NCBI GenBank assembly: GCA_964016885.1
Contig: OZ024741.1
Coordinates: 414,718,001-414,782,000 of the forward strand
DNA length: 64,000 nt
Direction of reading: 5' to 3'
DNA from: Eledone cirrhosa
Taxonomy: Eukaryota
Each line of letters begins with the position of its first letter. The first letter of the stretch is position 1. Shown here one piece after another: positions 1-13,200 of the stretch. Made by a program: the position numbers and the translations under genes. The notes below the pieces were generated by a model that did no database searches, was not told the origin of the DNA, and was given only the letters and a program-made list of their open reading frames with translations.

Positions 1-29
1 ACCAGGAGACCTACCTCACACGTACTTTG

Positions 30-55
30 GTCTGACACTCTACCGAATATAAGAC
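30..55. other. Imperfect inverted repeat in every monomer (monomer positions 30-40 / 45-55, 4-nt loop); first copy given as example
   Basis: Consensus GTCTGACACTC-TACC-GAGTATAAGAC has 9/11 arm positions complementary, and the common GTCTTACACTC variant has 10/11. A perfect 10-bp stem occurs at 305-330. Confidence 0.85.
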
Positions 56-419
56 ACCAGGAGACCTACATCACACATACTTTGGTCTTACACTCTACCG
101 AGTATAAGACACCGCGAGACCTACATCACACATACTTTGGTCTTACACTCTACCAAGTATAAGACACCAGGAGACCTACATCACACATACTTTTGTCTGA
201 CACTCTACCGAGTATAAGACACCAGGAGACCTACATCACACATACTTTGGTCTTACACTCTACCGAGTATAAGACACCAGGAGAACTACATCACACATAC
301 TTTGGTCTTATACTCTACCAAGTATAAGACACCAGGAGACCTACATCACACATATTTTGGTCTTACACTCTACCAAGTATAAGACACCAGGAGACCTACA
401 TCACACATACTTTGATCTG

Positions 420-3250
420 ACACTCTACCGCGTATAACACACCAGGAGACCTACATCACACATACTTTGGTCTGACACTCTACCAAGTATAACACACGAG
501 GAGACCTACATCGCACATACTTTGGTCTGACACTCTACCGAGTATAACACACCAGGAGACCTACATCACACATACTTTGGTCTGACACTCTACCGAGTAT
601 AACACACCAGGAGACCTACAGCACACATACTTTGGTCTCACACTCTACCGAGTATAACACACCAGGAGACCTACATCGCACATACTTTGGTCTCACACTC
701 TACCGAGTATAACACACCAGAAGACCTACATCGCACATACTTTGGTGTGACACTCTACCTATTATAGGACACCAGGAGACCTACATAAACACATACATAG
801 GTTTAACACACTACCGAGTATAAGACACCAGGAGACCTACATCGCACATACATAGGTCTGACGCTCTACCGAGTATAAGACACCAGGAGACCTACATCAC
901 ACATACTTTGGTCTGACACTCTACCGACTATAAGACACTAGGAGACCTACATCACACGTACTTTGGTCTGACACTCTACCGAGTATAAGACACCAGGAGA
1001 CCTACAGCACACATACTTTGATCTGACACTCTACCGAGTATAAGACACCAGGAGACCTACATCACACGTACTTTGGTCTGACACTCTACCGAGTATAACA
1101 CACCAGGAGACCTACATCACACATACATAGATCTGACACTCTACCGCGTATAAGACACCAGGAGACCTACATCACACGTACTTTGGTCTGACACTCTACC
1201 GAGTATAAGACACCAGGAGACTTACATCACACGTACTTTGGTCTGACACTCTACCCAGTATAAGACACCGGAAGACCTACATCACACGTACTTTGGTCTG
1301 ACACTCTACCGAGTATAAGACACCAGGAGACCTACATCACACGTACTTTGGTCTGACACTCTACCGAGTATAAGACACCAGGAGACCTACATCACACATA
1401 CATAGGTTTAACACTCTACCGAGTATAAGACACCAGGAGACCTACATCACACATACATAGGTTTAACACTCTACTGAGTATAAGACACCAGGAGACCTAC
1501 ATCACACATACTTTGGTCTGACACTCTACCGAGTATAAGACACCAGGAGACCTACATCACACATACTTTGGTCTGACACTCTACCGAGTATAAGACACCA
1601 GGAGACCTACATCACACGTACTTTGGTCTTACACTCTACCGAGTATAAGACACCAGGAGGCCTACATCACACGTACTTTGGTCTGACACTCTACCGAATA
1701 TAAGACACCAGGAGACCTACATCACACGTACTTTGGTCTGACACTCTACCGAGTATAAGACACCAGGAGACCTACATCACACGTACTTTGGTCTGACACT
1801 CTACCGAGTATAAGACACCAGGAGACCTACATCACATGTACTTTGGTCTGACACTCTACCAAGTATAAGCCACCAGGAGACCTACATCACACATACTTTG
1901 GTCTGACACTTTACCGAGTATAAGACACCAGGAGACTTACATCACACGTACTTTGGTCTCACACTCTACCAAGTATAAGTCACCAGGAGACCTACAGCAC
2001 ACATACTTTGGTCTCACACCCTACCGAATATAAGACACCAGGAGACCTACATCACACATACTTTGGTCTTACACTCTACCGAGTATAAGACACCAGGAAA
2101 CCTACATCACACATACTTTGGTCTTACACTCTACCAAGTATAAGACACCAGGAGACCTACATCACACATACTTTGGTCTGACACTCTACCGAGTATAAGA
2201 CACCAGGAGACCTCCTACATCACACATATTTTGGTCTGACACTCTACCGAGTATAAGACACCAGGCGACCTACATCACACATACATAGGTTTAACACTCT
2301 ACCGAGTATAAGACACCAGGAGACCTACATCACACATACATAGGTCTGACACTCTACCGAGTATAAGACACCAGGAGAACTACATCACACATACTTTGGT
2401 CTGACACTCTACCGAGTATAAGACACCAGGAGACCTACATCACACGTACTTTGGTCTGACACTCTACCGAGTATAAGACACCAGGAGACCTACATCACGC
2501 ATACTTTGGTCTGACACTCTACCGAGTATAAGACACCAGGAGAACTACATCACACGTACTTTGGTCTGACACTCTACCGAGTATAAGACACCAGGAGACC
2601 TACATCACACGTACTTTGGTCTGACACTCTACCGAGTATAAGACACCAGAAGACCTACATCATACATACTTTGGTCTGACACTCTACCGAGTATAAGACA
2701 CCAGGAGACCTACATCACGCATACTTTGGTCTGACACTCTACCGCGTATAACACACCAGGAGACCTACATCACACATACTTTGGTCTGACACTCTACCAA
2801 GTATAACACACGAGGAGACCTACATCGCACATACTTTGGTCTGACACTCTACCGAGTATAACACACCAGGAGTCCTACATCACACATACTTTGGTCTGAC
2901 ACTCTACCGAGTATAACACACCAGGAGACCTACAGCACACATACTTTGGTCTCACACTCTACCGAGTATAACACACCAGGAGACCTACATCGCACATACT
3001 TTGGTCTCACACTCTACCGAGTATAACACACCAGAAGACCTACATCGCACATACTTTGGTGTGACACTCTACCTATTATAGGACACCAGGAGACCTACAT
3101 AAACACATACATAGGTTTAACACACTACCGAGTATAAGACACCAGGAGACCTACATCACACATACATAGGTCTGACGCTCTACCGAGTATAAGACACCAG
3201 GAGACCTACATCACACATACATAGGTCTGACACTCTACCGAGTATAAGAC
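420..3250. repeat. Duplicated block at 42-monomer spacing (2314 bp)
   Basis: The run CCGCGTATAAC, CACGAGG, CAGAAG, GGTGTGAC...CCTATTATAGG, CATAAAC, GACGCTC occurs at about 428-865 and again at about 2742-3180. The offset of 2314 equals 42x55 plus a 1-bp and a 3-bp (CCT, about 2211) insertion. Confidence 0.85.
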
Positions 3251-3305
3251 ACCAGGAGACCTACATCACACGTACTTTGGTCTGACACTCTACCGAGTAT
3301 AAGAC

Positions 3306-5505
3306 ACCTGGAGACTTACATCACACGTACTTTGGTCTGACACTCTACCCAGTATAAGACACCGGAAGACCTACATCACACGTACTTTGGTCTGACACTC
3401 TACCGAGTATAAGACACCAGGAGACCTACATCACACATACATAGGTTTAACACTCTACCGAGTATAAGACACCAGGAGACCTACATCACACATACATAGG
3501 TTTAACACTCTACTGAGTATAAGACACCAGGAGACCTACATCACACATACTTTGGTCTGACACTCTACCGAGTATAAGACACCAGCTGACCTACATCACA
3601 CGTACTTTGGTCTGACACTCTACCGAGTATAAGACACCAGGAGACCTACATCACACATACATAGGTTTAACACTCTACTGAGTATAAGACACCAGGAGAC
3701 CTACATCACACATACTTTGGTCTGACACTCTACCGAGTATAAGACACCAGGAGACCTACATCACACATACTTTGGTCTGACACTCTACCGAGTATAAGAC
3801 ACCAGGAGACCTACATCACACGTACTTTGGTCTTACACTCTACCGAGTATAAGACACCAGGAGGCCTACATCACACGTACTTTGGTCTGACACTCTACCG
3901 AATATAAGACACCAGGAGACCTACATCACACGTACTTTGGTCTGACACTCTACCGAGTATAAGACACCAGGAGACCTACATCACACGTACTTTGGTCTGA
4001 CACTCTACCGAGTATAAGACACCAGGAGACCTACATCACATGTACTTTGGTCTGACACTCTACCAATTATAAGCCACCAGGAGACCTACATCACACATAC
4101 TTTGGTCTGACACTTTACCGAGTATAAGACACCAAGAGACTTACATCACACGTACTTTGGTCTCACACTCTACCAAGTATAAGACACCAGGAGACCTACA
4201 GCACACATACTTTGGTCTCACACCCTACCGAATATAAGACACCAGGAGACCTACATCACACATACTTTCGTCTTACACTCTACCGAGTATAAGACACCAG
4301 GAAACCTACATCACACATACTTTGGTCTTACACTCTACCAAGTATAAGACACCAGGAGACCTACATCACACATACTTTTGTCTGACACTCTACCGAGTAT
4401 AAGACACCTGGAGACTTACATCACACGTACTTTGGTCTGACACTCTACCCAGTATAAGACACCGGAAGACCTACATCACACGTACTTTGGTCTGACACTC
4501 TACCGAGTATAAGACACCTGGAGACCTACATCACACATACATAGGTTTAACACTCTACCGAGTATAAGACACCAGGAGACCTACATCACACATACATAGG
4601 TTTAACACTCTACTGAGTATAAGACACCAGGAGACCTACATCACACATACTTTGGTCTGACACTCTACCGAGTATAAGACACCAGCAGACCTACATCACA
4701 CGTACTTTGGTCTGACACTCTACCGAGTATAAGACACCAGGAGACCTACATCACACATACATAGGTTTAACACTCTACTGAGTATAAGACACCAGGAGAC
4801 CTACATCACACATACTTTGGTCTGACACTCTACCGAGTATAAGACACCAGGAGACCTACATCACACATACTTTGGTCTGACACTCTACCGAGTATAAGAC
4901 ACCAGGAGACCTACATCACACGTACTTTGGTCTTACACTCTACCGAGTATAAGACACCAGGAGGCCTACATCACACGTACTTTGGTCTGACACTCTACCG
5001 AATATAAGACACCAGGAGACCTACATCACACGTACTTTGGTCTGACACTCTACCGAGTATAAGACACCAGGAGACCTACATCACACGTACTTTGGTCTGA
5101 CACTCTACCGAGTATAAGACACCAGGAGACCTACATCACATGTACTTTGGTCTGACACTCTACCAAGTATAAGCCACCAGGAGACCTACATCACACATAC
5201 TTTGGTCTGACACTTTACCGAGTATAAGACACCAAGAGACTTACATCACACGTACTTTGGTCTCACACTCTACCAAGTATAAGACACCAGGAGACCTACA
5301 GCACACATACTTTGGTCTCACACCCTACCGAATATAAGACACCAGGAGACCTACATCACACATACTTTCGTCTTACACTCTACCGAGTATAAGACACCAG
5401 GAAACCTACATCACACATACTTTGGTCTTACACTCTACCAAGTATAAGACACCAGGAGACCTACATCACACATACTTTGGTCTGACACTCTACCGAGTAT
5501 AAGAC
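3306..5505. repeat. Tandem duplication of a 20-monomer unit (1100 bp x2)
   Basis: Markers are offset by exactly 1100: ACCTGGAGACTTAC 3306/4406, ACCAGC(T/A)GAC 3581/4681, ACCAAGAGACTTAC 4131/5231, CATACTTTCG 4261/5361. Confidence 0.9.
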
Positions 5506-7259
5506 ACCAGGAGACCTACATCACACGTACTTTGGTCTGACACTCTACCGAGTATAAGACACCAGGAGACCTACATCACACATACATAGGTTTAACACTC
5601 TACCGAATATAAGACACCAGGAGACCTACATCACACATACATAGGTTTAACACTCTACTGAGTATAAGACACCAGGAGACCTACATCACACATACTTTGG
5701 TCTGACACTCTACCGAGTATAAGACACCAGGAGACCTACATCACACATACTTTGGTCTGACACTCTACCGACTATAAGACACTAGGAGACCTACATCACA
5801 CGTACTTTGGTCTGACACTCTACCGAGTATAAGACACCAGGAGACCTACAGCACACATACTTTGATCTGACACTCTACCGAGTATAAGACACCAGGAGAC
5901 CTACATCACACGTACTTTGGTCTGACACTCTACCGAGTATAACACACCAGGAGACCTACATCACACATACATAGATCTGACACTCTACCGCGTATAAGAC
6001 ACCAGGAGACCTACATCACACGTACTTTGGTCTGACACTATACCGAGTATAAGACACCGGGAGACCTACATCACACGTACTTTGGTCTGACACTCTACCC
6101 AGTATAAGACACCGGGAGACCTACATCACACGTACTTTGGTCTGACACTCTACCGAGTATAAGACACCAGGAGACCTACATCACACGTACTTTGGTCTGA
6201 CACTCTACCGAGTATAAGACACCAGGAGACCTACATCACACATACATAGGTTTAACACTCTACCGAGTATAAGATACCAGGAGACCTACGTCACACATAC
6301 ATAGGTTTAACACTCTACTGAGTATAAGACACCAGGAGACCTACATCACACATACTTTGGTCTGACACTCTACCGAGTATAAGACACCAGGAGACCTACA
6401 TCACACGTACTTTGGTCTTACACTCTACCGAGTATAAGACACCAGGAGGCCTACATCACACGTACTTTGGTCTGACACTCTACCGAATATAAGACACCAG
6501 GAGACCTACATCACACGTACTTTGGTCTGACACTCTACGAGTATAAGACACCAGGAGACCTACATCACACGTACTTTGGTCTGATACTCTACCGAGTATA
6601 AGACACCAGGAGACCTACATCACATGAACTTTGGTCTGACACTCTACCAAGTATAAGCCACCAGGAGACCTACATCACACATACTTTGGTCTGACACTTT
6701 ACCGAGTATAAGACACCAGGAGACCTACATCACACGTACTTTGGTCTCACACTCTACCAAGTATAAGACACCAGGAGACCTACAGCACACATACTTTGGT
6801 CTCACACCCTACCGAATATAAGACACCAGGAGACCTACATCACACATACTTTGGTCTTACACTCTACCGAGTATAAGACACCAGGAGACCTACATCACAC
6901 ATACTTTGGTCTTACACTCTACCAAGTATAAGACACCAGGAGACCTACATCACACATACTTTGGTCTGACACTCTACCGAGTATAAGACACCAGGAGACC
7001 TACATCACACGTACTTTGGTCTGACACTCTACCGAGTATAAGACACCAGGAGACCTACATCACACATACATAGGTTTAACACTCTACCGAGTATAAGACA
7101 CCAGGAGACCTACATCACACATACATAGGTTTAACACTCTACTGAGTATAAGACACCAGGAGACCTACATCACACATACTTTGGTCTGACACTCTACCGA
7201 GTATAAGACACCAGGAGACCTACATCACACATACTTTGGTCTGACACTCTACCGAGTAT

Positions 7260-10200
7260 AAGACACCAGGAGACCTACATCACACATACTTTGGTCTTAC
7301 ACTCTACCGAGTATAAGACACCAGGAGGCCTACATCACACGTACTTTGGTCTGACACTCTACCGAATATAAGACACCAGGAGACCTACATCACACGTACT
7401 TTGGTCTGACACTCTACCGAGTATAAGACACCAGGAGACCTACATCACACGTACTTTGATCTGACACTCTACCGAGTATAAGACACCAGGAGACCTACAT
7501 CACACATACATAGGTTTAACACTCTACCGAGTATAAGACACCAGGAGACCTACGTCACACATACATAGGTTTAACACTCTACTGAGTATAAGACACCAGG
7601 AGACCTACATCACACATACTTTGGTCTGACACTCTACCGAGTATAAGACACCAGGAGACCTACATCACACATACTTTGGTCTGACACTCTACCGAGTATA
7701 AGACACCAGGAGACCTACATCACACGTACTTTGGTCTTACACTCTACCGAGTATAAGACACCAGGAGACCTACATCACACGTACTTTGGTCTGACACTCT
7801 ACCGAATATAAGACACCAGGAGACCTACATCACACGTACTTTGGTCTGACACTCTACCGAGTATAAGACACCAGGAGACCTACATCACACGTACTTTGGT
7901 CTGACACTCTACCCAGTATAAGACACCGGGAGACCTACATCACACGTAATTTGGTCTGACACTCTACCGAGTATAAGACACCAGGAGACCTACATCACAG
8001 GTACTTTGGTCTGACACTCTACCGAGTATAAGACACCAGGAGACCTACATCACACATACATAGGTTTAACACTCTACCGAGTATAAGACACCAGGAGACC
8101 TACATCACACATACATAGGTTTAACACTCTACTGAGTATAAGACACCAGCAGACCTACATCACACATACTTTGGTCTGACACTCTACCGAGTATAAGACA
8201 CCAGGAGACCTACATCACACATACTTTGGTCTGACACTCTACCGAGTATAAGACACCAGGAGACCTACATCACACGTACTTTGGTCTGACACTCTACCGA
8301 ATATAAGACACCAGGAGACCTACATCACACATACTTTGGTCTTACACTCTACCGAGTATAAGACACCAGGAGACCTACATCACACATACTTTGGTCTTAC
8401 ACTCTACCAAGTATAAGACACCAGGAGACCTACATCACACATACTTTGATCTGACACTCTACCGAGTATAAGACACCGGGAGACCTACATCACACATATT
8501 TTGGTCTGACACTCTACCGAGTATAAGACACCAGGAGACCTACATCACACATACATAGGTTTAACACTCTACCGAGTATAAGACAACAGGAGACCTACAT
8601 CACACATACATAGGTCTGACACTCTACCGAGTATAAGACACCAGGGCACCTACATCACACATACTTTGGTCTTACACTCTACCGAGTATAAGACACCTGG
8701 AGACCTACATCACACGTACTTTGGTCTGACACTCTACCGAGTATAACACACCAGGAGACCTACATCACACGTACTTTGGTCTGACACTCTACCGAGTATA
8801 AGACACCAGGAGACCTACATCACGCATACTTTGGTCTGACACTCTACCGAGTATAAGACACCAGGAGACCTACATCACACGTACTTTGGTCTGACACTCT
8901 ACCGAGTATAAGACACCAGGAGACCTACATCACACGTACTTTGGTCTGACACTCTACCCAGTATAAGACACCGGGAGACCTACATCACACATACTTTGGT
9001 CTGACACTCTACCGAGTATAAGACACCAGGAGACCTACATCACACGTACTTGGGTCTGACACTCTACCGAGTATAAGACACCAGGAGACCTACATCACAC
9101 GTACTTTGGTCTGACACTCTACCGAGTATAACACACCAGGAGACCTACATCACACATAGTTTGGTCTGACACTCTACCGAGTATAACACACCAGGAGACC
9201 TACATCACACATACTTTGGTCTCACACTCTACCAAGTATAACACACCAGGAGACCTACATCACACATACATAGGTCTGACACTCTACCGAGTATAAGACA
9301 CCAGGAGACCTACATCACACATACATAGGTCTGACACTCTACCGAGTATAAGACACCAGGAGACCTACATCACACCTACTGTGGTCTCACACTCTACCGA
9401 GTATAAGACACCAGGAGACCAACATCACACGTACTTTGGTCTGACACTCTACCGAGTATAAGACACCAGGAGACCTACATCACACGTACTTTGGTCTGAC
9501 ACTCTACCGAGTATAAGACACCAGGAGACCTACATCACGCATACTTTGGTCTGACACTCTACCGAGTATAAGACACCAGGAGAACTACATCACACGTACT
9601 TTGGTCTGACACTCTACCGAGTATAACACACCAGGAGACCTACATCACACATACTTTGGTCTGACACTCTACCGAGTATAACACACCAGGAGACCTACAG
9701 CACACATACTTTGGTCTCACACTCTACCGAGTATAACACACGAGGAGACCTACATCGCACATACTTTGGTCTGACACTCTACCGAGTATAACACACCAGG
9801 AGACCTACATCACACATACTTTGGTCTGACACTCTACCGAGTATAACACACCAGGAGACCTACATCGCACATACTTTGGTCTGACACTCTACCGATTATA
9901 AGACACCAGGAGACCTACATAAACACATACATAGGTTTAACACACTACTGAGTATAAGACACCAGGAGACCTACATCACACATACATAGGTCTGACACTC
10001 TACCGAGTATAAGACACCAGGAGACCTACATCACACATACATAGGTCTGACACTCTACCGAGTATAAGACACCAGGAGACCTACATCACACGTACTTTGG
10101 TCTGACACTCTACCGACTATAAGACACTAGGAGACCTACATCACACGTACTTTGGTCTGACACTCTACCGAGTATAAGACACCAGGTGACCTACAGCACA

Positions 10201-13200
10201 CATACTTTGATCTGACACTCTACCGAGTATAAGACACCAGGAGACCTACATCACACGTACTTTGGTCTGACACTCTACCGAGTATAACACACCAGGAGAC
10301 CTACATCACACATACATAGATCTGACACTCTACCGCGTATAAGACACCAGGAGACCTACATCACACGTACTTTGGTCTGACACTCTACCGAGTATAAGAC
10401 ACCAGGAGACCTACATCACACGTACTTTGGTCTGACACTCTACCCAGTATAAGACACCGAGAGACCTACATCACACGTACTTTGGTCTGACACTCTACCG
10501 AGTATAAGACACCAGGAGACCTACATCACACGTACTTTGGTCTGACACTCTACCGAGTATAAGACACCAGGAGACCTACATCACACATACATAGGTTTAA
10601 CACTCTACCGAGTATAAGACACCAGGAGGCCTACGTCACACATACATAGCTTTAACACTCTACTGAGTATAAGACACCAGGAGACCTACATCACACATAC
10701 TTTGGTCTGACACTCTACCGAGTATAAGACACCAGGAGACCTACATCACACATACTTTGGTCTGACACTCTACCGAGTATAAGACACCAGGAGACCTACA
10801 TCACACGTACTTTGGTCTTACACTCTACCGAGTATAAGACACCAGGAGGCCTACATCACACGTACTTTGGTCTGACACTCTACCGAATATAAGACACCAG
10901 GAGACCTACATCACACGTACTTTGGTCTGACACTCTACGAGTATAAGACACCAGGAGACCTACATCACACGTACTTTGGTCTGACACTCTACCGAGTATA
11001 AGACACCAGGAGACCTACATCACATGAACTTTGGTCTGACACTCTACCAAGTATAAGCCACCAGGAGACCTACATCACACATACTTTGGTCTGACACTTT
11101 ACCGAGTATAAGACACCAGGAGACCTACATCACAAGTACTTTGGTCTGACACTCTACCCAGTATAAGACACCGGGAGACCTACATCACACGTAATTTGGT
11201 CTGACACTCTACCGAGTATAAGACACCAGGAGACCTACATCACAGGTACTTTAGTCTGACACTCTACCGAGTATAAGACACCAGGAGACCTACATCACAC
11301 ATACATAGGTTTAACACTCTACCGAGTATAAGACACCAGGAGACCTACATCACACATACATAGGTTTAACACTCTACTGAGTATAAGACACCAGCAGACC
11401 TACATCACACATACTTTGGTCTGACACTCTACCGAGTATAAGACACCAGGAGACCTACATCACACATACTTTGGTCTGACACTCTACCGAGTATAAGACA
11501 CCAGGAGACCTACATCACACGTACTTTGGTCTGACACTCTACCGAATATAAGACACCAGGAGACCTACATCACACATACTTTGGTCTTACACTCTACCGA
11601 GTATAAGACACCAGGAGACCTACATCACACATACTTTGGTCTTACACTCTACCAAGTATAAGACACCAGGAGACCTACATCACACATACTTTGATCTGAC
11701 ACTCTACCGAGTATAAGACACCGGGAGACCTACATCACACATATTTTGGTCTGACACTCTACCGAGTATAAGACACCAGGAGACCTACATCACACATACA
11801 TAGGTTTAACACTCTACCGAGTATAAGACAACAGGAGACCTACATCACACATACATAGGCCTGACACTCTACCGAGTATAAGACACCAGGACACCTACAT
11901 CACACATACTTTGGTCTTACACTCTACCGAGTATAAGACACCTGGAGACCTACATCACACGTACTTTGGTCTGACACTCTACCGAGTATAACACACCAGG
12001 AGACCTACATCACACGTACTTTGGTCTGACATTCTACCGAGTATAAGACACCAGGAGACCTACATCACGCATACTTTGGTCTGACACTCTACCGAGTATA
12101 AGACACCAGGAGACCTACATCACACGTACTTTGGTCTGACACTCTACCGAGTATAAGACACCAGGAGACCTACATCACACGTACTGTGTCTGACACTCTA
12201 CCCAGTATAAGACACCGGGAGACCTACATCACACATACTTTGGTCTGACACTCTACCGAGTATAAGACACCAGGAGACCTACATCACACGTACTTTGGTC
12301 TGACACTCTACCGAGTATAAGACACCAGGAGACCTACATCACACGTACTTTGGTCTGACACTCTACCGAGTATAACACACCAGGAGACCTACATCACACA
12401 TAGTTTGGTCTGACACTCTACCGAGTATAACACACCAGGAGACCTACATCACACATACTTTGGTCTCACACTCTACCAAGTATAACACACCAGGAGACCT
12501 ACATCACACATACATAGGTCTGACACTCTACCGAGTATAAGACACCAGGAGACCTACATCACACATACATAGGTCTGACACTCTACCGAGTATAAGACAC
12601 CAGGAGACCTACATCACACGTACTGTGGTCTCACACTCTACCGAGTATAAGACACCAGGAGACCAACATCACACGTACTTTGGTCTGACACTCTACCGAG
12701 TATAAGACACCAGGAGACCTACATCACACGTACTTTGGTCTGACACTCTACCGAGTATAAGACACCAGGAGACCTACATCACGCATACTTTGGTCTGACA
12801 CTCTACCGAGTATAAGACACCAGGAGAACTACATCACACGTACTTTGGTCTGACACTCTACCGAGTATAACACACCAGGAGACCTACATCACACATACTT
12901 TGGTCTGACACTCTACCGAGTATAACACACCAGGAGACCTACAGCACACATACTTTGGTCTCACACTCTACCGAGTATAAGACACCAGGAGACCTACATC
13001 ACACATACTTTGGTCTTACACTCTACCGAGTATAAGACACCAGGAGGCCTACATCACACGTACTTTGGTCTGACACTCTACCGAATATAAGACACCAGGA
13101 GACCTACATCACACGTACTTTGGTCTGACACTCTACCGAGTATAAGACACCAGGAGACCTACATCACACGTACTTTGGTCTGACACTCTACCGAGTATAA

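Noticed and set aside
19-53. Regulatory motifs: TATAA box, TACGTG (HRE-like, minus strand), ATCACATG (CDEI-like variant)
   Set aside because: Short motifs expected by chance, multiplied only by tandem amplification, with no associated gene or supporting context.
1-110. Hammerhead or twister ribozyme in the satellite
   Set aside because: No CUGANGA plus GAAA core on either strand. The UAACACU...AAG(A/C)C resemblance to twister lacks the downstream P2 partner and pseudoknot complementarity. Other ribozyme classes would need an Infernal/Rfam search.
1405-1435. Integron attC-like site (GTTTAAC matches RYYYAAC, followed by a hairpin)
   Set aside because: No complementary GTTRRRY core, no cassettes between sites and no integrase; the motif is only in a minority subtype.
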